64,000 nucleotides of DNA, from positions 317,336 to 381,335 of the IMG/VR virus record IMGVR_UViG_3300009709_000001, one strand, 5' to 3'. Positions 7,060 through 15,696 of this stretch are shown piece after piece (the stretch's first letter is position 1; each line of letters opens with the position of its first letter). The position numbers and the translations under genes are program-made. Source of the stretch: a virus (taxonomy: Duplodnaviria; Heunggongvirae; Uroviricota; Caudoviricetes). The notes under the pieces were generated by a model. It was not told where the DNA came from and did no database searches. It was given only the letters and a program-made list of their open reading frames with translations.

Positions 7060-7355
7060 GGTCTATTTTTTAGAATTGTTACGCCATTGAACAGCATCTT
7101 GAGTGCTGTCATATCTTCATCATCACCAAGAATGACGAAGGTGTAAACCACATATTCGTATGTCCAATTTTCGGGAACTGTGGATCCGTAGGTTACAAAC
7201 CCTACCGCACGCTCAACCTTCTTTGGAATATAATCGAATGGGATCAGCTCTTGCGAGTAATCCGCACTTACACTATAGGCAATACCTTTGCCCTTAAGGT
7301 AAGTGACCATTTCTGTATCATCGCCACTATCAAGTGCAAAGGTAATCCATTTCAT
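7014..7355 (-). CDS. hypothetical protein (113 aa)
   Basis: ORF track; contains ILGDDEDMTALKMLF, a weak match to the EEDA-helix motif. Confidence 0.5.
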   Translation of the reverse strand: MKWITFALDSGDDTEMVTYLKGKGIAYSVSADYSQELIPFDYIPKKVERAVGFVTYGSTVPENWTYEYVVYTFVILGDDEDMTALKMLFNGVTILKNRPWLNVKNFFRSLWPF

Positions 7356-7570
7356 AGTTCTCTAATCTTTCCGGCTGTACAAGCCAATCTTAAGAAAAGC
7401 AATTCGTATTTGGTTAGTTCAACTTCATACTCGATAAACATAGTGAGTATCAAATCTTTTACGGTGCCACGCGAATTGGGTTTTTCTCGTTTCACACCGA
7501 GAAGAGCCAAAGTGGACTTTAGTTCTTCGTGGTGTGTATCTTCAATAATGATGTGGTATCTTTTCTTCAT
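7352..7570 (-). CDS. hypothetical protein (72 aa)
   Basis: ORF track; 4-nt overlap downstream, 1-nt upstream. Confidence 0.5.
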   Translation of the reverse strand: MKKRYHIIIEDTHHEELKSTLALLGVKREKPNSRGTVKDLILTMFIEYEVELTKYELLFLRLACTAGKIREL

Positions 7571-7890
7571 CAGGGTGTGGGTGGGAGGCCATCGACCTTA
7601 ACAGTGATCTTGACCTTGTGTCGTTCGTCTTGTGCTGCTTCTTCGGCAAGCTCTTCTTCTGTACGGGCACGGCGAATCTTCAGATGCTTCATGCCCAGAC
7701 GGAAAGTCAGTGCTGCCTCGGGGTCCATCTCGATAACAGATTCGAGATCGGAATAGCGAGGATCATCGGGATTAACAACCTTGTGCTTTTCGACAACGTT
7801 GTATTCTTCTTCGTTCAGGCGTTGGAGCACTTCATCGAATTTACGCTTATCGCCCTGTTCGTAAGTGAAGGTGTAGTTAGTCCAAGTCAT
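7570..7890 (-). CDS. hypothetical protein (106 aa)
   Basis: ORF track; 4-nt overlap with upstream gene. Confidence 0.55.
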   Translation of the reverse strand: MTWTNYTFTYEQGDKRKFDEVLQRLNEEEYNVVEKHKVVNPDDPRYSDLESVIEMDPEAALTFRLGMKHLKIRRARTEEELAEEAAQDERHKVKITVKVDGLPPTP

Positions 7891-8126
7891 TGTGTTTCCT
7901 TTAGGTTTCCGATAGTCCTAGTAAAATTCATGCAACCATTCAATGGGAAGATTATTTTCATTGCTATTGCATCTTCGCTATCCATTTGCACTGAATACAG
8001 ATAATTTCCTGCACTCATATCAACCGACAGTCGACTATATTCGAGATTGTGGCTTGTTAAAAACTGTTCAAATTCATCACCACGTGGAATTTGAATTTTA
8101 ATGAAGTACCTCGATTTCAAGCTCAT
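7887..8126 (-). CDS. hypothetical protein (79 aa)
   Basis: ORF track; QMDSEDAIAMKIIF is a weak EEDA-helix match. Confidence 0.5.
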   Translation of the reverse strand: MSLKSRYFIKIQIPRGDEFEQFLTSHNLEYSRLSVDMSAGNYLYSVQMDSEDAIAMKIIFPLNGCMNFTRTIGNLKETQ

Positions 8127-8359
8127 TTGATAAATTTATTGAAATATTCGGTTAATGTAAATTTGGTGCTGTCAGCCTTATCATTGATTGAATCAATGAT
8201 CTTCTGCTTTCTCATTGCAGCCTGTTCTTCCTCTAATTCCTTCAACATGGTCTCCTTGAAGATAGGCATTTCGTAATCATAGAAATATTTTGATATCTCA
8301 ATCGACTTCTTAAGACGGATTGTCTCGGAATCAAATACTCGCGGTAATAAGATAATCAC
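8123..8359 (-). CDS. hypothetical protein (78 aa)
   Basis: ORF track; 4-nt overlap downstream. Confidence 0.5.
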   Translation of the reverse strand: MIILLPRVFDSETIRLKKSIEISKYFYDYEMPIFKETMLKELEEEQAAMRKQKIIDSINDKADSTKFTLTEYFNKFIK

Positions 8360-8549
8360 CGTACTTCAACTTTAACCAGACCGCAGCATCTTCCGGGCAG
8401 GTAAAAGTCAATAATGTAAATCCTGTCTTCGTCTTATGAAAAAATGTAGCACTGGTTACAATGCCATCCGAATACAGATCATAACAATCGGCAATGAACG
8501 ATCCATGTACCCTAGAGTTTGTTGGTAATCCGAAATCTTGTGTTATCAT
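8331..8549 (-). CDS. hypothetical protein (72 aa)
   Basis: ORF track; FTCPEDAAVWLKLKY is a weak EEDA-helix match. Confidence 0.5.
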   Translation of the reverse strand: MITQDFGLPTNSRVHGSFIADCYDLYSDGIVTSATFFHKTKTGFTLLTFTCPEDAAVWLKLKYGDYLITASI

Positions 8550-9322
8550 TTTTCTTGTTCTCTAACCAATTGTTCCATGTCGAGAATACGAGTTCGTGTA
8601 TTGCGACTACCTAATAAGATTAGGATACGCTTACCGACAGAGGAATTCATTATCATTACTAGGCATCCACCTGCTGCATTGGTAAAACCAGTCTTTGATA
8701 GGATGATGCTAAATTTCGAAGTAAGTGGATTGGTGTTATGAACACTAATCAACCTGCCTTGCGCCCTAATTTGTGCTGCCGGTAAACTTGACAATTCAGT
8801 AATAACCGAATTATTAGCAGCAACCAACAGCATCTTCAACAGATCCCGAGCAGTGCTTACGTTACCGTAATCAAGGCCTGTGGGTTCATAAAATTTCGTA
8901 TCGTGCATCTCCAACGTTGATGCACGTTCGTTCATCTTCTCTACACAGTTCTCGAGATTCAGGCAAAGAATTTGTGCAGCGAAATTATCAGATCTAACAA
9001 GAGCAAGTGTGAGTAATTCCTTTCGGGTGAGCTGTGTCACCTTACGCGGAATTGTCGAACTTACTTCCCTTGTCTTCAGAATGTTAAGCTCTTCATTTAG
9101 ATCCTGCTCGCTTGCAAGAATACCAATCATTAACTTACTGATTGATGCAATGGATCTAACCTCATTGCCATCCTTCTCGGTAAGGATATTACCGGAGTCA
9201 TCAGCAACAAGGTAGCTCTTCGCACTAAATGTAGGAATAGGTATAGGCTTGGGTTTCTTAGCCGCGTAAGCATTGCCAGTGGCAAGGGCCAGTGTGCAGG
9301 CGATTGTTACCAAGGCTCTCAT
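8546..9322 (-). CDS. secreted D-alanyl-D-alanine carboxy/endopeptidase (peptidase S11, PBP-type)
   Basis: Signal peptide MRALVTIACTLALATGNAYA; SxxK (ASISKLM), SxN (RSDNFAA) and KTG (SKTGFT) in canonical order; start set to ATG 9322 because a promoter lies inside the longer ORF (8546..9346). Confidence 0.8.
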   Translation of the reverse strand: MRALVTIACTLALATGNAYAAKKPKPIPIPTFSAKSYLVADDSGNILTEKDGNEVRSIASISKLMIGILASEQDLNEELNILKTREVSSTIPRKVTQLTRKELLTLALVRSDNFAAQILCLNLENCVEKMNERASTLEMHDTKFYEPTGLDYGNVSTARDLLKMLLVAANNSVITELSSLPAAQIRAQGRLISVHNTNPLTSKFSIILSKTGFTNAAGGCLVMIMNSSVGKRILILLGSRNTRTRILDMEQLVREQEK

Positions 9323-9328
9323 GTTTAT

Positions 9329-9357
9329 AGCATAACACGAGCGCATAGGTTTGTCAA
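9329..9357 (-). promoter_or_regulatory. sigma70-type promoter TTGACA-17-TATGCT, ATG 6 nt after -10
   Basis: Minus strand TAATTGACAaacctatgcgctcgtgtTATGCTataaacATGAGAGCC; -35 directly follows the stop of 9358..9741. Confidence 0.65.
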
Positions 9358-9741
9358 TTAACCCGTAATAAGTCCACTATCTGGTGAGTTCCATAAAGGC
9401 CCAACAGAAACAGGCCCGTATGTCTTCACAGGTGCAGTCATCGTTGTTCCATCATCTAATCTAAAACTTAGGTGACCTGCACGGTTACAGATATCTAGAA
9501 AGTTATCAGTCACCTCAACCATAAATGTTCCTTCTTCCGGAGACAATAAAATGAGTTGACGCATCTTGAACTGTACCGAAGCTGGATTCTTTGGATACCA
9601 GTTAATGGATATAATCCTATCCAGGTCTGTTCCTAATAACCTGAAGTAACTTGGAATGCCGCTTGTGATAACAATGCCGACAAGGCCTGAGCCTTCATAC
9701 GGACTGGAGGGTAATGCCTGGATGCGAGAAATGACTGTCAT
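9358..9741 (-). CDS. hypothetical protein (127 aa)
   Basis: ORF track; 4-nt overlap with upstream gene. Confidence 0.55.
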   Translation of the reverse strand: MTVISRIQALPSSPYEGSGLVGIVITSGIPSYFRLLGTDLDRIISINWYPKNPASVQFKMRQLILLSPEEGTFMVEVTDNFLDICNRAGHLSFRLDDGTTMTAPVKTYGPVSVGPLWNSPDSGLITG

Positions 9742-10076
9742 CTATTATTTATCTGCAAATTATTGTTCCAGTCATAAGAGCCCGATCGAGAAATACCTTT
9801 TCGAAGCTCGAGTGTTCTTTCTTTACTAAGGAAAACTATTCTATCGGATTTTAACCTATTAAATTCCTCGTCAGTTATTAGAGGAACATTATGGCCCCAG
9901 CGAAGCTTTACATATAGGTCGAATCCCTCAGCAGATTCAATAATCCATCCATTGGACCAATCATCAAGTTTTAGATGGCCACGGCCTGTTAACTCTGCAC
10001 TAACACAGACGAGCATACCCGAATAGTCTTCTTCGAGAAGACTAATCTGAGAACTCTTTAGGTAATAGTAGCTCAT
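9738..10076 (-). CDS. hypothetical protein (112 aa)
   Basis: ORF track; 4-nt overlaps on both sides. Confidence 0.55.
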   Translation of the reverse strand: MSYYYLKSSQISLLEEDYSGMLVCVSAELTGRGHLKLDDWSNGWIIESAEGFDLYVKLRWGHNVPLITDEEFNRLKSDRIVFLSKERTLELRKGISRSGSYDWNNNLQINNR

Positions 10077-10357
10077 TTCTTTGTTCTATACTTGTCTTTA
10101 AGCTCGTCGGGAATATAAGAGATTCGCATTCGTTCAGCAAGCCAACTGTTTTGCAACCTAATCATAGTTGCTGTTTCGGAATTAATCTTGCCCCATGTAT
10201 GCCAATAGGTCGTACCATAAGAATCGTCCTGATCTTGTTCTTCGGATATATCAGTACGTTCTAACTGAAATTCATCTTGTAACATTCTAACTTCATGTGC
10301 CATTTCTAGCGCTTCAGCAGCCGTACACATGAATTCGACAAGTACAAATTCTTTCAT
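10073..10357 (-). CDS. hypothetical protein (94 aa)
   Basis: ORF 10073..10477 trimmed to ATG 10355-10357, which overlaps the stop of 10354..10689 (ATGA). Confidence 0.5.
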   Translation of the reverse strand: MKEFVLVEFMCTAAEALEMAHEVRMLQDEFQLERTDISEEQDQDDSYGTTYWHTWGKINSETATMIRLQNSWLAERMRISYIPDELKDKYRTKK

Positions 10358-10689
10358 TCTATTTCTACATATTTGATCTGTATCAATCGTCGGTTGACTA
10401 TCGAACAAGTCGGTGAATAAACTCGACCACGTACTTCGAAATTTTCTATCCTTAGAATTTCGATTGCCCGTGTGCAAGAAATTGACTTGTTCAAGGTTAC
10501 ATTAAGGATTATATCTCGATTATCGTACGATAAATCGAGGCTCTCGATACTCTCCCCAGAGTTCTTGAGCAAGGTTGGTTTCAACAGTGTCTTTTCGGGA
10601 TCGTCATTAATTAACCAGTTCAGGGTAACAACGGTTAACATTAATGACAGGACAACGGTTACCACCCCGTTGCCCAAGAACTTAGTCAT
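10354..10689 (-). CDS. membrane-anchored protein (111 aa)
   Basis: N-terminal TM GVVTVVLSLMLTVVTLNWLI; GGAGAG upstream of ATG. Confidence 0.55.
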   Translation of the reverse strand: MTKFLGNGVVTVVLSLMLTVVTLNWLINDDPEKTLLKPTLLKNSGESIESLDLSYDNRDIILNVTLNKSISCTRAIEILRIENFEVRGRVYSPTCSIVNRRLIQIKYVEIE

Positions 10690-10706
10690 ATTTCTCTCCG
10701 GAAATT

Positions 10707-11204
10707 TTATAGGTTGCAGCTCTTATAGAAATCTTGTAGGTTGGTGTTGAAATCCCGGAGATCGAAAACTGTACGGCGGCGAACGTTGTCAGTGCCTGTC
10801 CATTCAAAGCTAATGGTGCGACCAGTTTTCATGGCTTGCATCATCTGCTTTGTAGATAGGAGCGATTTCATCAGCAGGGGACCATTCTGCTCCCAGGGAC
10901 CATGATCAACGATACGACCGTCAACCTTAACCTCTGGCATTTGCGGAATGTTGCCGATAAGTGTGTTCCAATACAGCGCGATTATCGGCTCTGCTGAGTT
11001 GCCCGGTTTTGTAGAGCAAATCATCCTAAGCCCGGTAACGAACTTTTCATTCTTACCGATTTGTGTGCCGGCTGCACTGACGTGATAAATGAATCCCACA
11101 GTTGCCCTGTCCATATCCTTCACTTCGGTAAGAGTCCAGCCCGTTTGTGCTGACGCTGCAAGCGAAGTAATGGAAAGTAGGAGAGCTGCAAAGACTTTTC
11201 TCAC
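10707..11204 (-). CDS. secreted protein (165 aa)
   Basis: GTG start at 11204 with GAGG 8 nt upstream; signal peptide VRKVFAALLLSITSLAASA/QT; own promoter. Confidence 0.6.
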   Translation of the reverse strand: MRKVFAALLLSITSLAASAQTGWTLTEVKDMDRATVGFIYHVSAAGTQIGKNEKFVTGLRMICSTKPGNSAEPIIALYWNTLIGNIPQMPEVKVDGRIVDHGPWEQNGPLLMKSLLSTKQMMQAMKTGRTISFEWTGTDNVRRRTVFDLRDFNTNLQDFYKSCNL

Positions 11205-11228
11205 GATAGAACCTCTGAAATTTGTAAT

Positions 11229-11258
11229 ATTGTAACTTATAATTACCTGTAAAGTCAA
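11229..11258 (-). promoter_or_regulatory. sigma70-type promoter TTGACT-18-TACAAT
   Basis: Minus strand tgTTGACTttacaggtaattataagtTACAATattac, in the divergent AT-rich gap 11205-11296. Confidence 0.65.
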
Positions 11259-11296
11259 CAGCATAAGAATAAATAACAACATACTTATCGAGAATC

Positions 11297-12355
11297 ATGT
11301 CACAACACGTCTATATCCTTCATAATGAATCTAATGACTATGTCGTTAAAGAAATCTGCAGACGGACAATTGTAAATTCTAGGTATTTTTGCGAAAATCT
11401 AGAACTTACTGAGGATGATTTAATCTATCTGGCCGAACATAGCCCTTCAGATTATTTCTATGTTATTTCGACTAACTATGATCTCGATATTACGTTAAAT
11501 GCATTCGATTACAAGCCACCTGCCTGGGACGGACATTACCTGCATATTTGGCCTGGCGACAATATTCGACTATACAGCAAATACTCGGTACTAGAAAGTC
11601 CCGATAGATATACCGATAAACGATTGTTCGAGGGTAAAGCCGAATTAAAGAGGATGGATAATGTTGTGGCAAAGCATCCAACATTCGATATCATCTTCCT
11701 TAGCTACGACGAGTCATTCGCCGATCAGCATTTTCATGAACTCTCTAGCCGCTATCGTCGTGCCAAGAGAGTTCATGGTGTGAAAGGAATATACGAAGCG
11801 CATAAAGAGGCGGCACGCATTGCCGAAACAGATATGTTCTATGTTGTCGATGCAGATGCCAGAATTTTAGATAGCTTCGATTTTGATTGTTATCATCTGC
11901 ATAGTTTAGATAGGCAATCTGTTCATGTCTGGACATCAAGCAATCCAGTAAATCATCTAAAATACGGATATGGTGGTGTAAAACTATTTCCGACTAAAGC
12001 ACTCAGAAACTACACCGGGTCGCCGATTGATTTTACCACAAGTGTTTCGAATGGATTTAAAGTCATGGATGAAGTCAGTAACCTTACATATTTCAATACC
12101 GACCCATTCTCAACTTGGCGAAGTGCATTTAGAGAATGTACCAAACTTGCCGCTGGATTAATTCGTAATCAAGATCATACCGAAACAGAACACAGACTTA
12201 ATATCTGGTGTACTGTTGGCGATGGGGAGTATGGAGAGTTTGCGCTAATGGGCGCAAATGAGGGAAGGGATTTTGGAACGAAAAACGCTAATCATCCCGA
12301 TATGCTCAGGATGATTAACGACTATACTTGGCTGGAAGATCGATTTAGTTCTTAA
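11297..12355 (+). CDS. GT-A-like glycosyltransferase candidate (352 aa)
   Basis: IIFLSYDESFADQHF (SYNE-like) followed by FYVVDADARILD (DxD-type); one of only three plus-strand genes that is not a homing endonuclease; assignment tentative. Confidence 0.35.
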   Translation: MSQHVYILHNESNDYVVKEICRRTIVNSRYFCENLELTEDDLIYLAEHSPSDYFYVISTNYDLDITLNAFDYKPPAWDGHYLHIWPGDNIRLYSKYSVLESPDRYTDKRLFEGKAELKRMDNVVAKHPTFDIIFLSYDESFADQHFHELSSRYRRAKRVHGVKGIYEAHKEAARIAETDMFYVVDADARILDSFDFDCYHLHSLDRQSVHVWTSSNPVNHLKYGYGGVKLFPTKALRNYTGSPIDFTTSVSNGFKVMDEVSNLTYFNTDPFSTWRSAFRECTKLAAGLIRNQDHTETEHRLNIWCTVGDGEYGEFALMGANEGRDFGTKNANHPDMLRMINDYTWLEDRFSS

Positions 12356-12687
12356 CAGTGAAAGCCGAGATATTTCTCAACTAACTCATTAATGTCTCTT
12401 TCGAGTTTTTCGGTATTGATGAATACCTTAATATCTCGCATCTTCTTGAATGTTTCTTCCATCACTTCCCAGTTCGCATCTTTGTTAACTGGAATTGGAT
12501 GGGTCAATTCGCTACCGCTAAGTTCAACAACATTACCATCATAATACTGCACCAAAATGTGTTCGATGTATTTTGCTGGAATTTCTTTAGCATCTACTTC
12601 TTTCACAATCCGGTCAAAGACTGATGGTTTAGCTATTCTGCTAATAGCCTTGTCGAGATTAAAGCTCGTTGTCCTTTTCGATGGCAT
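12352..12687 (-). CDS. hypothetical protein (111 aa)
   Basis: ORF track; 1-nt overlap with upstream GIY-YIG gene. Confidence 0.55.
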   Translation of the reverse strand: MPSKRTTSFNLDKAISRIAKPSVFDRIVKEVDAKEIPAKYIEHILVQYYDGNVVELSGSELTHPIPVNKDANWEVMEETFKKMRDIKVFINTEKLERDINELVEKYLGFHC

Positions 12688-13223
12688 TAAATAATCTCCT
12701 TATTTTTCTTGGCATTTTTATTGCCAATTTTTGCTAGAGATAATTTCTTTCTATGCTCATCGGACATATTCTTGGTCGCTAACGACAATTTGTCTTTTTG
12801 GGCTTGAGACATAGGGGGCCTGGATTTACCGATTAAACTATTAGAAATATTCTTTTTAGTCTCCTCGGATCTTATAGCACCGAGATGTCTTTGAGAAATT
12901 TTTTCCTTCGATTCTCTAGTATGCTTATATCCGGATGTTCCTTCGACGCCGTTGGTAAAATTCCAAAGTGTTCCTGTTTCTAGATCACGACGACCAAAAA
13001 TTGATATTAAACATTCTTCGAGAAAGAATGAATGTTCTTCGTCCAGTGCATTTATAATTTCGATATTGACGGAAAATCCCGAATCTATAATCTTTTGTTT
13101 TCTAGATTCGACATTTTTATTTTTATCGACTTTAAATCTTCTACCTGTCCCCTTACCGACATAGAATGGCTCATTATTTCTTGTCGGATCTCTAAGAATA
13201 TAGGTAAAGAATTTCTTTGCCAT
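12687..13223 (-). CDS. GIY-YIG homing endonuclease (178 aa)
   Basis: FFTYILRDPTRNNEPFYVGKGTGRR; four NUMOD3-like repeats (HTRESKEKIS, RSEETKKNIS, MSQAQKDKLS, MSDEHRKKLS); AT-rich. Confidence 0.8.
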   Translation of the reverse strand: MAKKFFTYILRDPTRNNEPFYVGKGTGRRFKVDKNKNVESRKQKIIDSGFSVNIEIINALDEEHSFFLEECLISIFGRRDLETGTLWNFTNGVEGTSGYKHTRESKEKISQRHLGAIRSEETKKNISNSLIGKSRPPMSQAQKDKLSLATKNMSDEHRKKLSLAKIGNKNAKKNKEII

Positions 13224-13255
13224 GGTTATCTCCCGTTTACCATATATTTATATGG

Positions 13256-13284
13256 AAAACATGGTTGAATAACAACCATGTTTT
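13256..13284 (-). terminator. hairpin terminator (12-bp stem)
   Basis: aaaacatggttg-aataa-caaccatgtttt, 4 nt after the stop of 13288..14055; A/T tracts form the stem ends, so it could act in both directions. Confidence 0.6.
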
Positions 13285-13287
13285 GGG

Positions 13288-14055
13288 TCAGGCTTTCGCT
13301 GCGCGTTCAGCATCTCTCTTGAGCTTGGCCGCAACCTTAGCATCAAGAGTAGCTTCGGCCTTTTGTACCTTAGCTTCGGCAGCTTTACGTTGATCGCGTT
13401 CACGACGCTTTTGCTTCTGCTCTTCAAGCTTCTGCGCCTTGATTTCTTCCGGCAATGCTGGACGACCACGACCCGGAATAAGTTCCGGATCCAAAGCATA
13501 CGCTTCTTCCCTTAGGGCATCGGCTTTGGCTTCAAGAGCCTGTGCTTCGGTAATGATCTTCTTTGCTCTTGCAACCGGATCAGTCATCAAGCGTGCTGCT
13601 TCTTCGGCGGCCGCAGCCTTTTCAGCCGGAGTACGAGTATCTTCCACTTTAGGTGGAAGAGTCTCGCCACGTTGCTGCGCCATGTACTGATCAACCTTCT
13701 TATCGATTGTTGCATTGATAAGGGCTAGAGGTACTGACTGTCCTGGAAGCGGAACCATTGTTACATTAGCTACCGGCTCCTTACGCAGGAATCCACGTTG
13801 GTGAAGCGAAGTAAGGCAGTTCGTGCCATCCGGGAATGTTCTACGATTTAGAACTTCATAGAAGTTATTCGTTTCTGCAGCTTCTTTCGAATTTAGTGTT
13901 TGAATGACAAAGTCATGGTAACTGTCAGGTAATCTTTCTGTCTCAACGATAAGGCAATGCGAATCGTCGGTTGGAAGAGTTCTGAACACTACAGCTACAC
14001 GTACTCCGGTGTTTACAAGCATCCCGGAGTGCTTTTTGAGGCCTTCAATTGCCAT
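13288..14055 (-). CDS. hypothetical protein (255 aa) with Ala/Lys/Glu-rich coiled-coil tail
   Basis: ORF track; globular N-terminal ~120 aa, then a long charged helical region. Confidence 0.6.
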   Translation of the reverse strand: MAIEGLKKHSGMLVNTGVRVAVVFRTLPTDDSHCLIVETERLPDSYHDFVIQTLNSKEAAETNNFYEVLNRRTFPDGTNCLTSLHQRGFLRKEPVANVTMVPLPGQSVPLALINATIDKKVDQYMAQQRGETLPPKVEDTRTPAEKAAAAEEAARLMTDPVARAKKIITEAQALEAKADALREEAYALDPELIPGRGRPALPEEIKAQKLEEQKQKRRERDQRKAAEAKVQKAEATLDAKVAAKLKRDAERAAKA

Positions 14056-14064
14056 ATTACTCCT

Positions 14065-14487
14065 TTATCCAATGACCGATGCCGGCACATTTGGAAATTT
14101 TCTTTTTAGTTCTTCTCTGAGCTTTGGCTTAACATTGTTTTCGAAATTCTCTTGCACCTTGGCAATACTTGGTGGCCTCGGTGAGAATGGCGCCATAACA
14201 ATCGGCTCGGCCCTTACCCTGATTAAATAATCGATGAGCATATTATTCAACCCATTGTGGGTCATGGCCATATTCATAAGTAAGACTTGAGTGTGCTCAT
14301 CTTCATAATCTAGACTTATAGCCATATAGTAATGTTCGACCCTAACATGCTCACTATGCTCATATTCGTCATCCGTAAGGGTTACTCGATATGAACCAAC
14401 ATTAACGGTTAGATTATTTGCTTCGAAAAAGCATTTAATCAATTCGATGTTTTGTGGTGTTGCGATAATAGTGGTATTCTTAATCAT
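14065..14487 (-). CDS. hypothetical protein (140 aa)
   Basis: ORF track; GGAG upstream of ATG. Confidence 0.55.
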   Translation of the reverse strand: MIKNTTIIATPQNIELIKCFFEANNLTVNVGSYRVTLTDDEYEHSEHVRVEHYYMAISLDYEDEHTQVLLMNMAMTHNGLNNMLIDYLIRVRAEPIVMAPFSPRPPSIAKVQENFENNVKPKLREELKRKFPNVPASVIG

Positions 14488-14516
14488 GTTACTCCATGGG
14501 GCTGAAGCTCCATCGA

Positions 14517-14810
14517 TTACTCTGCTTCTGCGGTTGCGGTTGCGGTTGCTTCAGCTTCTTTTTCCTTGGCCTGTACGCTCTCGACGTATGCAAGGAAGCC
14601 GGCAAGCTTGTTATAAGCCTCGCCAACTTGTGAAAGCTCGGCAGCTTGGAATGCGCCACGACGCGATGCCAAATCGACAATACGTGCTAGGACCTGGAGG
14701 TCAGAAACAGAGAGTTGAACTGGTTCGAGCGAAGCAGTTGCTGGTGCGTTTTCAGCAGCGGTTACAGTTTCTTGTACTTCAGGGACAGCCTTCTTGGTAT
14801 TCTTAGCCAT
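14517..14810 (-). CDS. hypothetical protein (97 aa)
   Basis: ORF 14517..14822 trimmed to MAKNTKK (GGAGA 5 nt upstream of ATG 14810). Confidence 0.55.
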   Translation of the reverse strand: MAKNTKKAVPEVQETVTAAENAPATASLEPVQLSVSDLQVLARIVDLASRRGAFQAAELSQVGEAYNKLAGFLAYVESVQAKEKEAEATATATAEAE

Positions 14811-14902
14811 TGTTTTCTCCATATGTGGTTTAATAATCTACCGTTTTTATTTAGCTGAATTTGCTAAAATCACCCATAATATTGATAATTATCTGGACGA
14901 TT

Positions 14903-15439
14903 TTACAAAGAATACAGCAATGCAGTGATTATAGCGGAATCTTTGGCTTTCTGCAAGTCTAACCAATATTTCTTCCAATATAAATCAACTTCTTCGGGAG
15001 TTTTGAATGGCCGTTGTTTATAGGTGGTATTTCTAAGAGCTTCAGCCCTTTTAGCAATATGCTCGGGTGTTTGTTTACGACCGCGATTAGCATTACCTAT
15101 CTTTTTCTTGTGTTGTTCGGATTTTGGCTTGTCTTTGTGAAGTTTTGAGATTTCTTCAGCCACACGATTTCTTAACCATCCGTACATTTTATTCCTTTTT
15201 ACTTTTCCATCTTTGGACATTCTAACCAATGCGAAAATAAGATATGGATGTTCCGGATATATACGAACTAATAACCTATGTGCAAGCCAATGTTCTTCGG
15301 CTGTTAGTTTAACGATATTTTCGGGATCATCTGTGCCACCTATGCATCGTGGAATTATATGATGCTTTTCGCAATATCCGATAATTTCACGTGATTTGGC
15401 ACATTCGATGAGTTTATTGTATGCTTCTTGATATTTCAT
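14903..15439 (-). CDS. HNH homing endonuclease (178 aa)
   Basis: HHIIPRCIGGTDDPENIVKLTAEEHWLAHRLL; N-terminus MKYQEAYNKLIE parallels MDYQKVYNNLIE of the 927 gene, so the start is set to ATG 15439 (track start 15472 is TTG). Confidence 0.8.
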   Translation of the reverse strand: MKYQEAYNKLIECAKSREIIGYCEKHHIIPRCIGGTDDPENIVKLTAEEHWLAHRLLVRIYPEHPYLIFALVRMSKDGKVKRNKMYGWLRNRVAEEISKLHKDKPKSEQHKKKIGNANRGRKQTPEHIAKRAEALRNTTYKQRPFKTPEEVDLYWKKYWLDLQKAKDSAIITALLYSL

Positions 15440-15501
15440 AACTTGAGATAATACCAGTGGATCTACATCCAAGCCGGCAATTTGGTAAATAATCAGTGCT
15501 C

Positions 15502-15534
15502 AAAAATAAAAAAGGACTGCGCCAACAGTCCTTT
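15502..15534 (-). terminator. rho-independent terminator
   Basis: Minus strand aaaggactg-ttggcg-cagtccttt followed by tttatttttg. Confidence 0.75.
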
Positions 15535-15667
15535 GCGAGTAACAGAAGTGAACTATCCTAAGGGATATGCAGTAAGGCCTTCGTTTAACATACCAGGCCC
15601 TACCACCTTTTGTACTCAAAGTTATTTATCATAAATGTTTCTAGTATTTATCAACATATAGAATCAA

Positions 15668-15695
15668 CCAAGAGAAAGCGCCCCGCGGGGCGCTT
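15668..15695 (-). terminator. GC-rich hairpin terminator after HNH gene 15697..16305
   Basis: aagcgccc-cgcg-gggcgctt starts 1 nt after the stop, followed on the minus strand by tctcttggtt. Confidence 0.6.
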
Positions 15696-15696
15696 G

